Positions 13,955-32,519 of a stretch of 64,000 nucleotides of DNA are shown here, piece after piece; the first letter of the stretch is position 1; the number at the start of each line of letters is the position of its first letter. The translations under genes and the position numbers were made by a program. Source of the stretch: the human T2T-CHM13v2.0 reference genome, Homo sapiens; NCBI RefSeq assembly GCF_009914755.1, contig NC_060928.1. One strand, written 5' to 3'. The notes below the pieces were generated by a model that did no database searches, was not told where the DNA came from, and worked only from the letters and a program-made list of their open reading frames with translations.

Positions 13955-16900
13955 TTTGGTGCAGTTGGCAGTAGTGCTTCGTGGTGGTATTTCATGCAGT
14001 TGCAGTAATGCTCTGTGGTGGTGTTTGGTGTAGTTGCAGGAGTGCTCTGTGGTGGTGTTTGGTGTAGTTGTAGCAGTGCTCTGTGGTGGTGTTTGGTGTA
14101 GTTGCAGGAGTGCTCTGTGGTGGTGTTTGGTGTAGTTGCAGTACTGCTCTGTGGTGGTGTTTGGTGCAGTTGTAGTACTGCTCTGTGGTGGTGTTTGGTG
14201 TAGTTGCAGGAGTGCTCTGTGGTGGTGTTTGGTGTAGTTGTAGTAGAGCTCTGTGGTGGTGTTTGGTGTAGTTGCAGGAGTGCTCTGTGGTGGTGTTTGG
14301 TGTAGTTGTAATAGTGCTCTGTGGTGGTGTTTGGTGCAGTTGTAGTACTGCTCTGTGGTGGTGTTTGGTGTAGTTGCAGGAGTGCTCTGTGGTGGTGTTT
14401 GGTGTAGTTGCAGTACTGCTCTGTGGTGGTGTTTGGTGCAGTTGTAGTACTGCTCTGTGGTGGTGTTTGGTGTAGTTGCAGGAGTGCTCTGTGGTGGTGT
14501 TTGGTGTAGTTGTAGTAGAGCTCTGTGGTGGTGTTTGGTGTAGTTGCAGGAGTGCTCTGTGGTGGTGTTTGGTGTAGTTGTAATAGTGCTCTGTGGTGGT
14601 GTTTGGTGTAGTTGCATTTGTGCTCTGTGGTGGTGTTTGGTGCAGTTGCATTTGTGCTCTGTGGTGGTGTTTGGTGGAGTTGCATTTGTGCTCTGTGGTG
14701 GTGTTTGGTGCAGTTGGCAGTAGTGCTCTGTGGTGGTGTTTGGTGCAGTTGCAGGAGTGCTCTGTGGTGGTGTTTGGTGTAGTTGCATTTGTGCTCTGTG
14801 GTGGTGTTTGGTGTAGTTGCATTTGTGCTCTGTGGTGGTGTTTGGTGTAGTTGCATTTGTGCTCTGTGGTGGTGTTTGGTGTAGTTGCATTTGTGCTCTG
14901 TGGTGGTGTTTGGTGTAGTTGCAGCAGTGCTCTGTGGTGGTGTTTGGTGCAGTTGCATTTGTGCTCTGTGGTGGTGTTTGGTGCAGTTGCAGGAGTGCTC
15001 TGTGGTGGTGTTCGGTGTAGTTGTAGTAGTGCTCTGTGGTGGTGTTTGGTGCAGTTGCAGGAGTGCTCTGTGGTGGTGTTTGGTGTAGTTGCATTTGTGC
15101 TCTGTGGTGGTGTTTGGTGCAGTTGCATTTGTGCTCTGTGGTGGTGTTTGGTGCAGTTGCAGGAGTGCTCTGTGGTGGTGTTTGGTGTAGTTGTAGTAGT
15201 GCTCTGTGGTGGTGTTTGGTGTAGTTGTAGTAGTGCTCTGTGGTGGTGTTTGGTGTAGTTGCAGTAGTGCTCTGTGGTGGTGTTTGGTGTAGTTGCAGGA
15301 GTGCTCTGTGGTGGTGTTTGGTGTAGTTGCATTTGTGCTCTGTGGTGGTGTTTGGTGTAGTTGCAGCAGTGCTCTGTGGTGGTGTTTGGTGTAGTTGCAG
15401 CAGTGCTCTGTGGTGGTGTTTGGTGCAGTTGCATTTGTGCTCTGTGGTGGTGTTTGGTGCAGTTGCAGGAGTGCTCTGTGGTGGTGTTCGGTGTAGTTGT
15501 AGTAGTGCTCTGTGGTGGTGTTTGGTGCAGTTGCAGGAGTGCTCTGTGGTGGTGTTTGGTGTAGTTGCATTTGTGCTCTGTGGTGGTGTTTGGTGCAGTT
15601 GCATTTGTGCTCTGTGGTGGTGTTTGGTGCAGTTGCAGGAGTGCTCTGTGGTGGTGTTTGGTGTAGTTGTAGTAGTGCTCTGTGGTGGTGTTTGGTGTAG
15701 TTGTAGTAGTGCTCTGTGGTGGTGTTTGGTGCAGTTGCAGGAGTGCTCTGTGGTGGTGTTTGGTGTAGTTGCATTTGTGCTCTGTGGTGGTGTTTGGTGC
15801 AGTTGCATTTGTGCTCTGTGGTGGTGTTTGGTGCAGTTGCAGGAGTGCTCTGTGGTGGTGTTTGGTGCAGTTGCATTTGTGCTCTGTCGTGGTGTTTGGT
15901 GTAGTTGTAGTAGTGCTCTGTGGTGGTGTTTGGTGCAGTTGCAGGAGTGCTCTGTGGTGGTGTTTGGTGTAGTTGCATTTGTGCTCTGTGGTGGTGTTTG
16001 GTGCAGTTGCATTTGTGCTCTGTGGTGGTGTTTGGTGCAGTTGCAGGAGTGCTCTGTGGTGGTGTTCGGTGTAGTTGTAGTGCTCTGTGGTGGTGTTTGG
16101 TGCAGTTGCAGGAGTGCTCTGTGGTGGTGTTTGGTGTAGTTGCATTTGTGCTCTGTGGTGGTGTTTGGTGCAGTTGCATTTGTGCTCTGTGGTGGTGTTT
16201 GGTGCAGTTGCAGTAGTGCTCTGTGGTGGTGTTTGGTGTAGTTGCAGGAGTGCTCTGTGGTGGTGTTTGGTGTAGTTGCATTTGTGCTCTGTGGTGGTGT
16301 TTGGTGTAGTTGCAGTACTGTTCTGTGGTGGTGTTTGGTGCAGTTGTAGTACTGCTCTGTGGTGGTGTTTGGTGTAGTTGCATTTGTGCTCTGTGGTGGT
16401 GTTTGGTGTAGTTGCAGTACTGTTCTGTGGTGGTGTTTGGTGCAGTTGTAGTACTGCTCTGTGGTGGTGTTTGGTGTAGTTGCATTTGTGCTCTGTGGTG
16501 GTGTTTGGTGCAGTTGCAGTACTGTTCTGTGGTGGTGTTTGGTGCAGTTGTAGTACTGCTCTGTGGTGGTGTTTGGTGTAGTTGCATTTGTGCTCTGTGG
16601 TGGTGTTTGGTGTAGTTGCAGTAGTGCTCTGTGGTGGTGTTTGGTGTAGTTGCAGGAGTGCTCTGTGGTGGTGTTTGGTGTAGTTGCAGTAGTGCTCTGT
16701 GGTGGTGTTTGGTGTAGTTGCAGTAGTGCTCTGTGGTGGTGTTTGGTGTAGTTGCATTTGTGCTCTGTGGTGGTGTTTGGTGTAGTTGCAGTAGTGCTCT
16801 GTGGTGGTGTTTGGTGTAGTTGCAGTAGTGCTCTGTGGTGGTGTTTGGTGTAGTTGCATTTGTGCTCTGTGGTGGTGTTTGGTGTAGTTGCAGTAGTGCT

Positions 16901-19393
16901 CTGTGGTGGTGTTTGGTGTAGTTGCATTTGTGCTCTGTGGTGGTGTTTGGTGTAGTTGCATTTGTGCTCTGTGGCGGTGTTTGGTGTAGTTGTAGTAGTG
17001 CTCTGTGGTGGTGTTTGGTGTAGTTGCAGCAGTGCTCTGTGGTGGTGTTTGGTGCAGTTGGCTGTAGTGCTCTGTGGTGGTGTTTGGTGCAGTTGCAGTA
17101 CTGTTCTGTGGTGGTGTTTGGTGCAGTTGTAGTACTGCTCTGTGGTGGTGTTTGGTGTAGTTGCAGGAGTGCTCTATGGTGGTGTTTGGTGTAGTTGTAG
17201 TAGTGCTCTGTGGTGGTGTTTGGTGTAGTTGCAGCAGTGCTCTGTGGTGGTGTTTGGTGCAGTTGGCTGTAGTGCTCTGTGGTGGTGTTTGGTGCAGTTG
17301 CAGTACTGTTCTGTGGTGGTGTTTGGTGCAGTTGTAGTACTGCTCTGTGGTGGTGTTTGGTGTAGTTGCATTTGTGCTCTGTGGTGGTGTTTGGTGTAGT
17401 TGCAGTAGTGCTCTGTGGTGGTGTTTGGTGTAGTTGTAGTAGTGCTCTGTGGTGGTGTTTGGTGTAGTTGTAGCAGTGCTCTGTGGTGGTGTTTGGTGTA
17501 GTTGCAGGAGTGCTCTGTGGTGGTGTTTGGTGTAGTTGCAGCAGTGCTATGTGGTGGTGTTTGGTGTAGTTGCAGTAGTGCTCTGTGGTGGTGTTTGGTG
17601 TAGTTGTAGTAGTGCTCTGTGGTGGTGTTTGGTGTAGTTGTAGCAGTGCTCTGTGGTGGTGTTTGGTGTAGTTGCAGGAGTGCTCTGTGGTGGTGTTTGG
17701 TGTAGTTGCAGCAGTGCTCTGTGGTGGTGTTTGGTGTAGTTGCATTTGTGCTCTGTGGTGGTGTTTGGTGTAGTTGCATTTGTGCTCTGTGGTGGTGTTT
17801 GGTGTAGTTGCATTTGTGCTCTGTGGTGGTGTTTGGTGTAGTTGCATTTGTGCTCTGTGGTGGTGTTTGGTGTAGTTGCATTTGTGCTCTGTGGTGGTGT
17901 TTGGTGTAGTTGCATTTGTGCTCTGTGGTGGTGTTTGGTGTAGTTGTAGTAGTGCTCTGTGGTGGTGTTTGGTGTAGTTGCATTTGTGCTCTGTGGTGGT
18001 GTTTGGTGTAGTTGCATTTGTGCTCTGTGGTGGTGTTTGGTGTAGTTGCATTTGTGCTCTGTGGTGGTGTTTGGTGTAGTTGCATTTGTGCTCTGTGGTG
18101 GTGTTTGGTGTAGTTGCAGCAGTGCTCTGTGGTGGTGTTTGGTGTAGTTGCATTTGTGCTCTGTGGTGGTGTTTGGTGTAGTTGCATTTGTGCTCTGTGG
18201 TGGTGTTTGGTGTAGTTGTAGTAGTGCTCTGTGGTGGTGTTTGGTGTAGTTGCATTTGTGCTCTGTGGTGGTGTTTGGTGTAGTTGCATTTGTGCTCTGT
18301 GGTGGTGTTTGGTGTAGTTGCATTTGTGCTCTGTGGTGGTGTTTGGTGTAGTTGCATTTGTGCTCTGTGGTGGTGTTTGGTGTAGTTGCATTTGTGCTCT
18401 GTGGTGGTGTTTGGTGTAGTTGCATTTGTGCTCTGTGGTGGTGTTTGGTGTAGTTGCATTTGTGCTCTGTGGTGGTGTTTGGTGTAGTTGCATTTGTGCT
18501 CTGTGGTGGTGTTTGGTGTAGTTGCATTTGTGCTCTGTGGTGGTGTTTGGTGTAGTTGCATTTGTGCTCTGTGGTGGTGTTTGGTGTAGTTGCATTTGTG
18601 CTCTGTGGTGGTGTTTGGTGTAGTTGCATTTGTGCTCTGTGGTGGTGTTTGGTGTAGTTGTAGTAGTGCTCTGTGGTGGTGTTTGGTGTAGTTGCATTTG
18701 TGCTCTGTGGTGGTGTTTGGTGTAGTTGCATTTGTGCTCTGTGGTGGTGTTTGGTGTAGTTGCATTTGTGCTCTGTGGTGGTGTTTGGTGTAGTTGCATT
18801 TGTGCTCTGTGGTGGTGTTTGGTGTAGTTGCAGCAGTGCTCTGTGGTGGTGTTTGGTGTAGTTGCATTTGTGCTCTGTGGTGGTGTTTGGTGTAGTTGCA
18901 TTTGTGCTCTGTGGTGGTGTTTGGTGTAGTTGTAGTAGTGCTCTGTGGTGGTGTTTGGTGTAGTTGCATTTGTGCTCTGTGGTGGTGTTTGGTGTAGTTG
19001 CATTTGTGCTCTGTGGTGGTGTTTGGTGTAGTTGCATTTGTGCTCTGTGGTGGTGTTTGGTGTAGTTGCATTTGTGCTCTGTGGTGGTGTTTGGTGTAGT
19101 TGCATTTGTGCTCTGTGGTGGTGTTTGGTGTAGTTGCATTTGTGCTCTGTGGTGGTGTTTGGTGTAGTTGCATTTGTGCTCTGTGGTGGTGTTTGGTGTA
19201 GTTGCATTTGTGCTCTGTGGTGGTGTTTGGTGTAGTTGCATTTGTGCTCTGTGGTGGTGTTTGGTGTAGTTGCAGCAGTGCTCTGTGGTGGTGTTTGGTG
19301 TAGTTGCAGTAGTGCTCTGTGGTGGTGTTTGGTGCAGTTGCAGGAGTGCTCTGTGGTGGTATGTGGTGTAGTTGCAGTAGTGCTCTGCGGTGG
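13955..19393. repeat. 34-bp minisatellite (VNTR), ~160 copies
   Basis: Unit gtgctctgtggtggtgtttggtgYagttg plus a variable core (cattt/cagga/tagta/cagta/cagca); degenerate units at both edges. Confidence 0.99.
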
Positions 19394-20019
19394 CGAGTGG
19401 AGGAGAGAGATGACTCCTAACCGGGTCCACTCCCGAGCATTAGAGAAGCTCCCTGTGATCACTGGCTTTGTACCTGCCTTTCCTTTGTTAGGTGTTGTGG
19501 TCCATAGGGCTCTCTCAGGGAGAGAGCAGCAGGACCCTTCACAGCAGGTCCTTTGGAGGGAGGTATGCCTTGTCACTCCACTCACTCTGCAATCCCCGGC
19601 ACCTAACTCTTCTCAGCGTTGAAAATGACACCTTCCCCACTTCTTGGGCATTGCAGACGCCGGCAAGTCCCAACAGGCTGCCAGCAGTGGGGGTGCGTGG
19701 AGTGACCCTATCCAGTGACTGGGCGCTTCCCAAGGGAACTGGAACTTTTCCCACCCACAGAGTTCAGGCAGAGGTGGCTCCACAGTGTTGGAATCCCCAA
19801 CTGGCATGTTCCACCTGGCTGGGAGCAGCATGGGTGAGTGTGGTTGCCTGCACTGTCATCCAGGTGTGTTTCCTGGGGGGACCTGGAGCTGCACCTGCCC
19901 CCAGAATTCAGGCGGAAGTGGGTTCACTCTGCTGGAGGCTCTTGCAGGCCTGGCCTGCCCCGCTATGAACAGCAAAGGCAAATGAAGTCACCGCCTCCCA
20001 CCATCCACGTGCTTCCTGG

Positions 20020-21297
20020 TGAGAGGTGACAGCGTGCTGGCAGTCCTCTCAGCTCTGAGGCGCCTCCTGTGCCTGGGCTCCCACTTTGGGGGCACTTGAG
20101 GAGCCCTTCAGCCCACCGCTGCACTGTGGGAGCCCCTTTCTGGGCTGGCCAAGGCCGGAGTCGGCTCCCTCAGCTTGCAGGGAGGTGTGGAGGGAGAGGC
20201 ACGAGCGGGAACCGGGGCTGCGCGCGGCCCTTGCGGGCCAGCTGGAGTTCCGGGTGGGCGTGGGCTTGGCGGGCCCCACACTCGCAGCAGCTGGCGGCCC
20301 CTGCCGGCCCCGGGCAATGAGGGGCTTAGCACCCGGGCCAGAGGCTGCGGAGGGTGTACTGGGTCCCCAAGCAGTGCCAGCCCACCGGCGCTGCGGTCAA
20401 CTTCTCACCAGGCCTTAGCTGCCTTCCCGCGGGGCAGGGTTCGAGACCTGCAGCCCGCCATGCCTGAGCCTCCCCCTCTCCATGGGCTCCTGTGCAGCCC
20501 AAGCCTCTCCGACAAGCACCAACCCCTGCTCCACGGCGCCCAGTCCCATCGACCACCCAAGGGCTGAGGGGTGCGGGTGCATGGCGTGGGACTGGCAGGC
20601 AGCTCCACCTGCAGTCCTTGTGCGGGATCCACTGGGTGAAGCCAGCTGGGCTCCTGAGTCTGGTGGGGACTTGGAGAACCTTTATGTCTAGCTAAGGGAT
20701 TGTAAATACACCAATCAGCATTCTGTATCTAGCTCAAGGTTTGTAAACACACCAATCAGCACCCTGTGTCTAGCTCAGGGTTTGTGAATGCACCAATGGA
20801 CACTCTGTATCTAGCTAATCTAGTGGGGACGTGGAGGACCTTTATGTCTAGCTCAGGGATTGCAAACGCCCCAATCAGCACCCTGTCAAAACAGACCACT
20901 CTGCTCTCTGTAAAATGGACCAATCAGCAGGATGTGGGTGGGGCCAGATAAGACAATAAAAGCAGGCTGCCCGAACTAGCACTGGCAAGCCGCTGGGGTG
21001 CCCTTCCGCAAGTGGAAGACTTGTTCTTTAAGTCTTTGCAATAAATCTTGGTACTGATCACTGTTTGGGTTCACACCACCTTTAAGAGCTGAAACACTCA
21101 CCGCGAAGGTCTGCAGCTTCACTCCTGAGCCAGCGAGACCACGAACCCACCAGAAAGAAGAAACTCCGAACTCATCCGAACATCAAATAGAAGAAACTCT
21201 GGACACGCCGTCTTTAAGAACTGTAACACTCCCCGTGAGGGTCCACGGCTTCATTCTTGAAGTCAGTGAGACCAAGAACCCACCAATTCCGGACACA
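20020..21297 (+). mobile_element. Solo ERV9 LTR (LTR12C-like), 1278 bp
   Basis: tgagaggtgacagcgtgctggcag start and gaacccaccaattccggacaca end; 4-bp TSD ctgg at 20016-19 and 21298-301; CpG-rich U3; tandem ccaatcagca repeats. Confidence 0.96.
20705..20965 (+). promoter_or_regulatory. LTR12 promoter core (NF-Y CCAAT boxes, GT/GC box, GATA, AATAAA TATA-like element)
   Basis: CCAAT at ~20711, 20752, 20793, 20871 and 20920, followed by gggtgggg, agataa, aataaaa; activity is inferred from the family, not shown. Confidence 0.7.
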
Positions 21298-21769
21298 CTG
21301 GGGGAACCTGGAGCTGTGGCTGCCTACAGAGTTCAAGCAGAAGCAGGGCTGCTGTCTGGAAGCGGCTGCTCACGGGGCCGTCTGCTGAGGAGCGGTGGAG
21401 TAACGTAACTGCTCTCTGGCACTGCGACTGACGGTGGCCTCTATGGAGCTGTGGCACCGGCACCAGGCTGTGCTGGGGGAGTCCCTGTGGACCCGAATGT
21501 TGCCTCCGCAAAGACTCCAGGCAGTTACGTGTATCAGCCTAGGTGGATTGTGGGGCAGGGGCAATCTCCCATTCCCAGGCTGGCAGGTCCCTTGCTCAGC
21601 TTTGCTCCCCTCTGTTTTCTGTGTCCCCTCGCTGCCTTGGTGGATCCTAACACAGTTTCTTAGGGGATCAGCTTGCAGGGTCAGTGTTTACTCCCCACCC
21701 TGTCTCCTTTCCCTGAGAGCAGCGCACGCTGGCGGCTTCTACTCCGCCATCTTGACCCCTCCCCTTGTT

Positions 21770-22095
21770 TAATTTAATTTAATTTTATATTTAAAACTGT
21801 TTAGTTTTCAAGTGTTTGGAGACTTTCCTGTTATTTTTCTTTTGATCTCTATTTGTATTCACTTGTGATCAAATAACATACTCTGAATTATTCAATTTTT
21901 AAAACATTTATTGGGTTTTTTTATGGCTAAGGTCATAGTCTATTTTGATAACTATTCTGTGCACACTTAGAAGAGGTAGTGTATTATAAATGTTTATTAG
22001 ATCCTGTAGGTTTTTGAGGTCCTTCTATATCCTCGCTGATTTCCTGTCTAGCTTCTATCAGTTGCGAGGGATTGTTGAACTCTCCAGTTACAATC
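21770..22095 (-). mobile_element. L1M fragment
   Basis: T-rich antisense L1 ORF2-like sequence ('ttctatatcctcgctgatttcctgtcta', 'ttgttgaactctcca'). Confidence 0.6.
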
Positions 22096-23878
22096 TCTTT
22101 TACAACATGCTCTGACACAGCCATTTTGATTCCTCATCCGTGAGGAGATATGACTTAAAATAACCGTTACTCTTTTAAAAACTTTATTGACTAAACATAC
22201 CAATACAATAATTTAACCAGTCTAATTTCCTCTCAGTAATTCATTTTTATTCTTTTATGCCTGTTCCCTATAGATAGCACTTATTATTTACCTCCAAAGT
22301 GCTGGTTACAACAAAACTATTTTTGCCTTTTTCTTTTTTTTCCAAATACATTTTCAAAACTCATTGTAGAGACATTATGTATGGGAGGCAATATTTTCAA
22401 GCCTTTTTGAGAACCAAATACTAGAACCCTGAGGGATTTGAGAAATAAAGTTCACTTATAAATAATAGATTAGGAAGAACATATGACAAAATAGAAGTCA
22501 GTTTCCTTGCCCTGAAGGAAATGAAGATCCCTGTACTGCGAATGGAGAAAAAGCCATTTAAGTTCATAGAATTAGCAAAAATTCTCACATCCCTAGTGTG
22601 ATGTGACCTGCTAGAATATGCCACACTAGGTAATGAGAGAAATCAAGGACCAGACGGGAAAAATGTATGTCTTGTCCTGTGCCAACATGGAGAGTTGACA
22701 GATAAGCCAGCATGCCTTCCTTTCCCTAAACTTGACAATTCTTTTTTCAGCTTTTATTTTAGATTCAGGGGGTACATGTACAGGTTTGTTACATGGATGT
22801 ATTGTGTAATACTGAGGTCTGGGGTACGATTGATCCTGTCATCCAGGTATTGAGCATAGTACCCAATAGGTCGTGTTTCAGTCCTTGGCACTGTCTACCC
22901 TCCCCACTCTAGTAGTCCCCATTGTCTGTTGCTGCTATCTTTATGTTCACGTGTGCCCAATGTTTAGCTCCCATTTTTAAGTGAGAACACCTTGTATTTG
23001 GTTTTCTGTTCCTCTGTTAATTGGCTTCAGATAATGGCCTCCAGCTCCATCCACGTTTCTGCAAAGGACATTATTTCATTATTTTTTATGGCTGTGTAGT
23101 AATCTACAGTGTATATGTACTGCGTTTTATTTATCCAATCCACCGTTGATGAGGACCTAGATAGATTCCACGTTTTTGCTATTATAAATAGTGCTGCAAT
23201 GAACATGCAAGTGCATACATCTTTATGCTAGAATGATTTACTTTCCTTTGGGTATATATCCAGTAATATAATTGCTGAGTTGAATGGTAGTTCAACTCTC
23301 AATTCTTTGAGAAATCACCAAACTTCCCTCCACAGTGGCTAAACTAATTTACATTTCCATTAACAGTGTATAAACGTTCCTTTTCTCTGCATTCTCATGA
23401 ACATCTGTCACTTTTTGGCTTTTTAACAAATGCCATTCTGACTGGTATGAGATGGTAACTCGTGGTTTTGATTTGCATTTCTTGGATGATTAGTGATGTT
23501 GAAGATTTTTTAATATGTCTGTTGCCCACTCGTATGTCATCTTTTGAAAAGTATCTATCTATGTTCTTTGCCCGCTTTTTAATGGGGCTATTTGGTTTTT
23601 TGCTTATTGATTTGTTTAAGTTTCTTATAGATTCTGGATGTTAGGTCTTTGTCAGATGCATCATTTGTGAATATTCTCTCCCATTCTACAGGGTGTCTGT
23701 TTACTCTGGTGATAGTTTCTCTTGCTATGCAGAAGCCCCTGAATTTAATTAGGCCGCACTTGTCATTTTTTTAAATTATAATTGGTTTTTAGGACTTAGC
23801 CATAAATTTTTTGTCAAGGCCAATGTTGAGAAGAGTATTTCTTAGGTTTTTTTCTAGAATATTTATAGTTTGATGTCT

Positions 23879-30049
<6,171 letters not shown>

Positions 30050-30795
30050 AGTTTGAGGTCTGACATTTAAATATTTGATCGATCTTCAGTTAATTTTTGT
30101 ATATGGCGATAGGTAGGAGTCAGTTTATTTCTTCTCCATATGGACAGCTAATTATCCCAGCACCATTTATTGAATAGAGAGTCCTTTCGCCATTGACTGT
30201 TTTTTGTGGACTTTGTCAAAGATCAGATGGTTGTCAGCATGCAAGCTTATTTCTGGGTTCTCTATTCTCTTCCATCGGTCATTGTGTCTAGTTTGTACTA
30301 GTACTATACTGTTTTAGTTATTGTAGCCTCTTAGAATAAACTTGACAATTCTAATAAAGCTCTTTAAAATTTAACTAGAATTGTGAGGAAGAAAATGGAA
30401 TTGACCAGATTAATCCAGAATTGTGTGAGAGTAAATTCCTAGCCACCAGAATGAAATACCTGCTCATATTATAAATTCACTTATAGGAAAACAAAACTGC
30501 CTTTACTTCTACACCTAAGTTTGTAAACTATGAAATGTGTAATGGCCACAACTATATACATCACACAAACAGACTTAACCCATCCTGCATTTTGCCAGAG
30601 TACTGGTGTCTTTTCCATTCATGACTCCGAAGAATGTGGTAAATGCAGGGGTTGTAAGAAAGTCAGTGAGGGGTCGGAATTAGAAATGTGGGGGGTGTCA
30701 GGGATCTAAAAATTATTTGGAAATCAAGAATGTTGAAATATTAGTGGCTTGGAATAGGAATATCAAAATTTTCAAAAGGTCATAAAAGGACCCTT

Positions 30796-31071
30796 GGCTG
30801 GGCATGGTGGCTCACACCTGTAATCCCAGTACTTTGTGAGGCTGAGACGAGCAGATGGCTTGAGGTCAGGAGTTCGAGACCAGCCTGGCCAACATGGTGA
30901 AACCCTGTCTCTACTAACAATAAAAAAATTAGCTGGTCATGGTGGCATATGCCTGTAGTCCCAGCTACTTGGGCAGCTGAGGCAGGAGAATAGCTTGAAC
31001 CTGAGAGGCAGATGTTGCCATAAGCCAAGATCATGCCACTGTACTCCAGTCCAGATGACAGGCTCCATCTC

Positions 31072-31104
<33 letters not shown>
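30796..31104 (+). mobile_element. AluS with (GAAAA)n tail
   Basis: Full Alu dimer. Confidence 0.95.
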
Positions 31105-32519
31105 GCCACCTTCAAATTGTCACTCATATCTTAAACTATACATTTCCAAGGCATTCCGGACAAACGTTCATATGCCCCAGCCCAATCCCTGGACTTTAAG
31201 AACAGCCTAGCCTACAACTTTTCTGCACAGCAAATGTACCCCAAGTTATAACCTAAATTCATACATGAGAACTATAACAGAAATAATCAAAATGTTTTGT
31301 ACAAAGACAATTAGCAAAAATCAGATAGAAACATCTTTGTTTAAATCATAGTTCTATTTCTTAACCAAGTAATATCTTTAATGGGGATAACCATTTCATC
31401 ATCAGAGCATCATAGTGAAAGGTAGAGCTCATAGTACATTCTTGAGACACGTGAGTTTTTTCTTAATCTGACAAGTGCTACTTCTTCATAATTAGTGCAT
31501 TGGATAAATTATATAATCTATCTGAATCTTCATTTCTTAAAAGCATGTGAAAACGTTATAGTGCTGAATAAATGAGGTAATATATATGTTGGCCCTTTAG
31601 ATATTAAAAAAATACAAATCAAACCATCATCATTATTACATCATAATTATGTTATAATCACAATTGATTGAAAACCTAACTTTCTCATTAAATGTGAAGA
31701 TCTTGATAGGAAATATTAATTTCAAAATAATGGATTTATGCTAAAATTAATGTATATTCTATATTTAAATTAATATTAAAATTATAATACAGGCACATCA
31801 CTTGTAACATTCAGCTAAGCATTCTTTGAAAATGTCAAAGATGAAATCAACTTCCTTTTTTGAATATAATGTCTTTTGGATTGTCTCTCTATTTTTTTTA
31901 CATTGTTCAGTCAGATTTCCACAAACTTTGCCAAGTCTGAGGTTGGAATGGATCTATAAATATTTACATCATTTAAATTTTCAGTTTTGTGATAAAAACA
32001 ATCATTATTTGCTTCCACCATTAGGATGGTTGAACAGATTATAAATTAAGCAGGTGCATACTTAAGATGCATCCTGTTTCATTGTTCCAGCATTAATTAT
32101 ATCTATGCATTATTTCTCACATTTGGGATCATGAAAGGTAGAAACCTTTTGTCTCCAAGTTTTAGAAATTAAAATTTTACAAAAATAAAAGAAAACAGAT
32201 ACATTCAAAAGCATCATTTTTTATTATCTGTAGTTTATCAGTGTACTTTTATGTGTGTACACATGAAAGTATTAATTTAAATATTTGATCCACAATAATG
32301 CCTTTTATGTTTCTTTAGCTTGACTATATTTTCATCTACCAGAAGCTTCTTATCATTAAAGTTGTGTTTAACTTAATTAGAGATTACTGATACACTTCAT
32401 GAAAGAGCCACCTTTTACATTTTAATCCTTTGTGCAGTCCTTTAAGTTAATGACTTTTATTTCTGAAACTCATAACCTCCTAGACACAGGAAGCACACTT
32501 CTTTATATTTAAAAGAATA

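Larger units (their letters stand above)
13255..21764 (-). mobile_element. Old L1 (L1PB/L1MA-era) 5'UTR plus ORF1 N-terminus, interrupted by a VNTR and LTR12C
   Basis: L1 start 'ggggaggggtcaagatggcgg' on the minus strand at ~21764; GC-rich 5'UTR; ORF1 coiled-coil remnant 13412..13606 (QELKNKMTILRKNQTDLLELNNSLQEF). Confidence 0.8.

Noticed and set aside
13955-19393. CRISPR-like array (constant repeat plus variable core)
   Set aside because: The variable part is only ~5-8 bp from a few recurring variants, with no unique spacers and no cas genes; primate DNA
13904-19585. Calling the 600-1740 aa ORFs a mucin gene
   Set aside because: They are fully explained by a stop-free 34-bp unit; all three frames are open; no signal peptide, splice structure or unique domains
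20049-20695. Overlapping GC-rich ORFs suggesting a CpG-island gene
   Set aside because: All lie within the LTR12C U3 region
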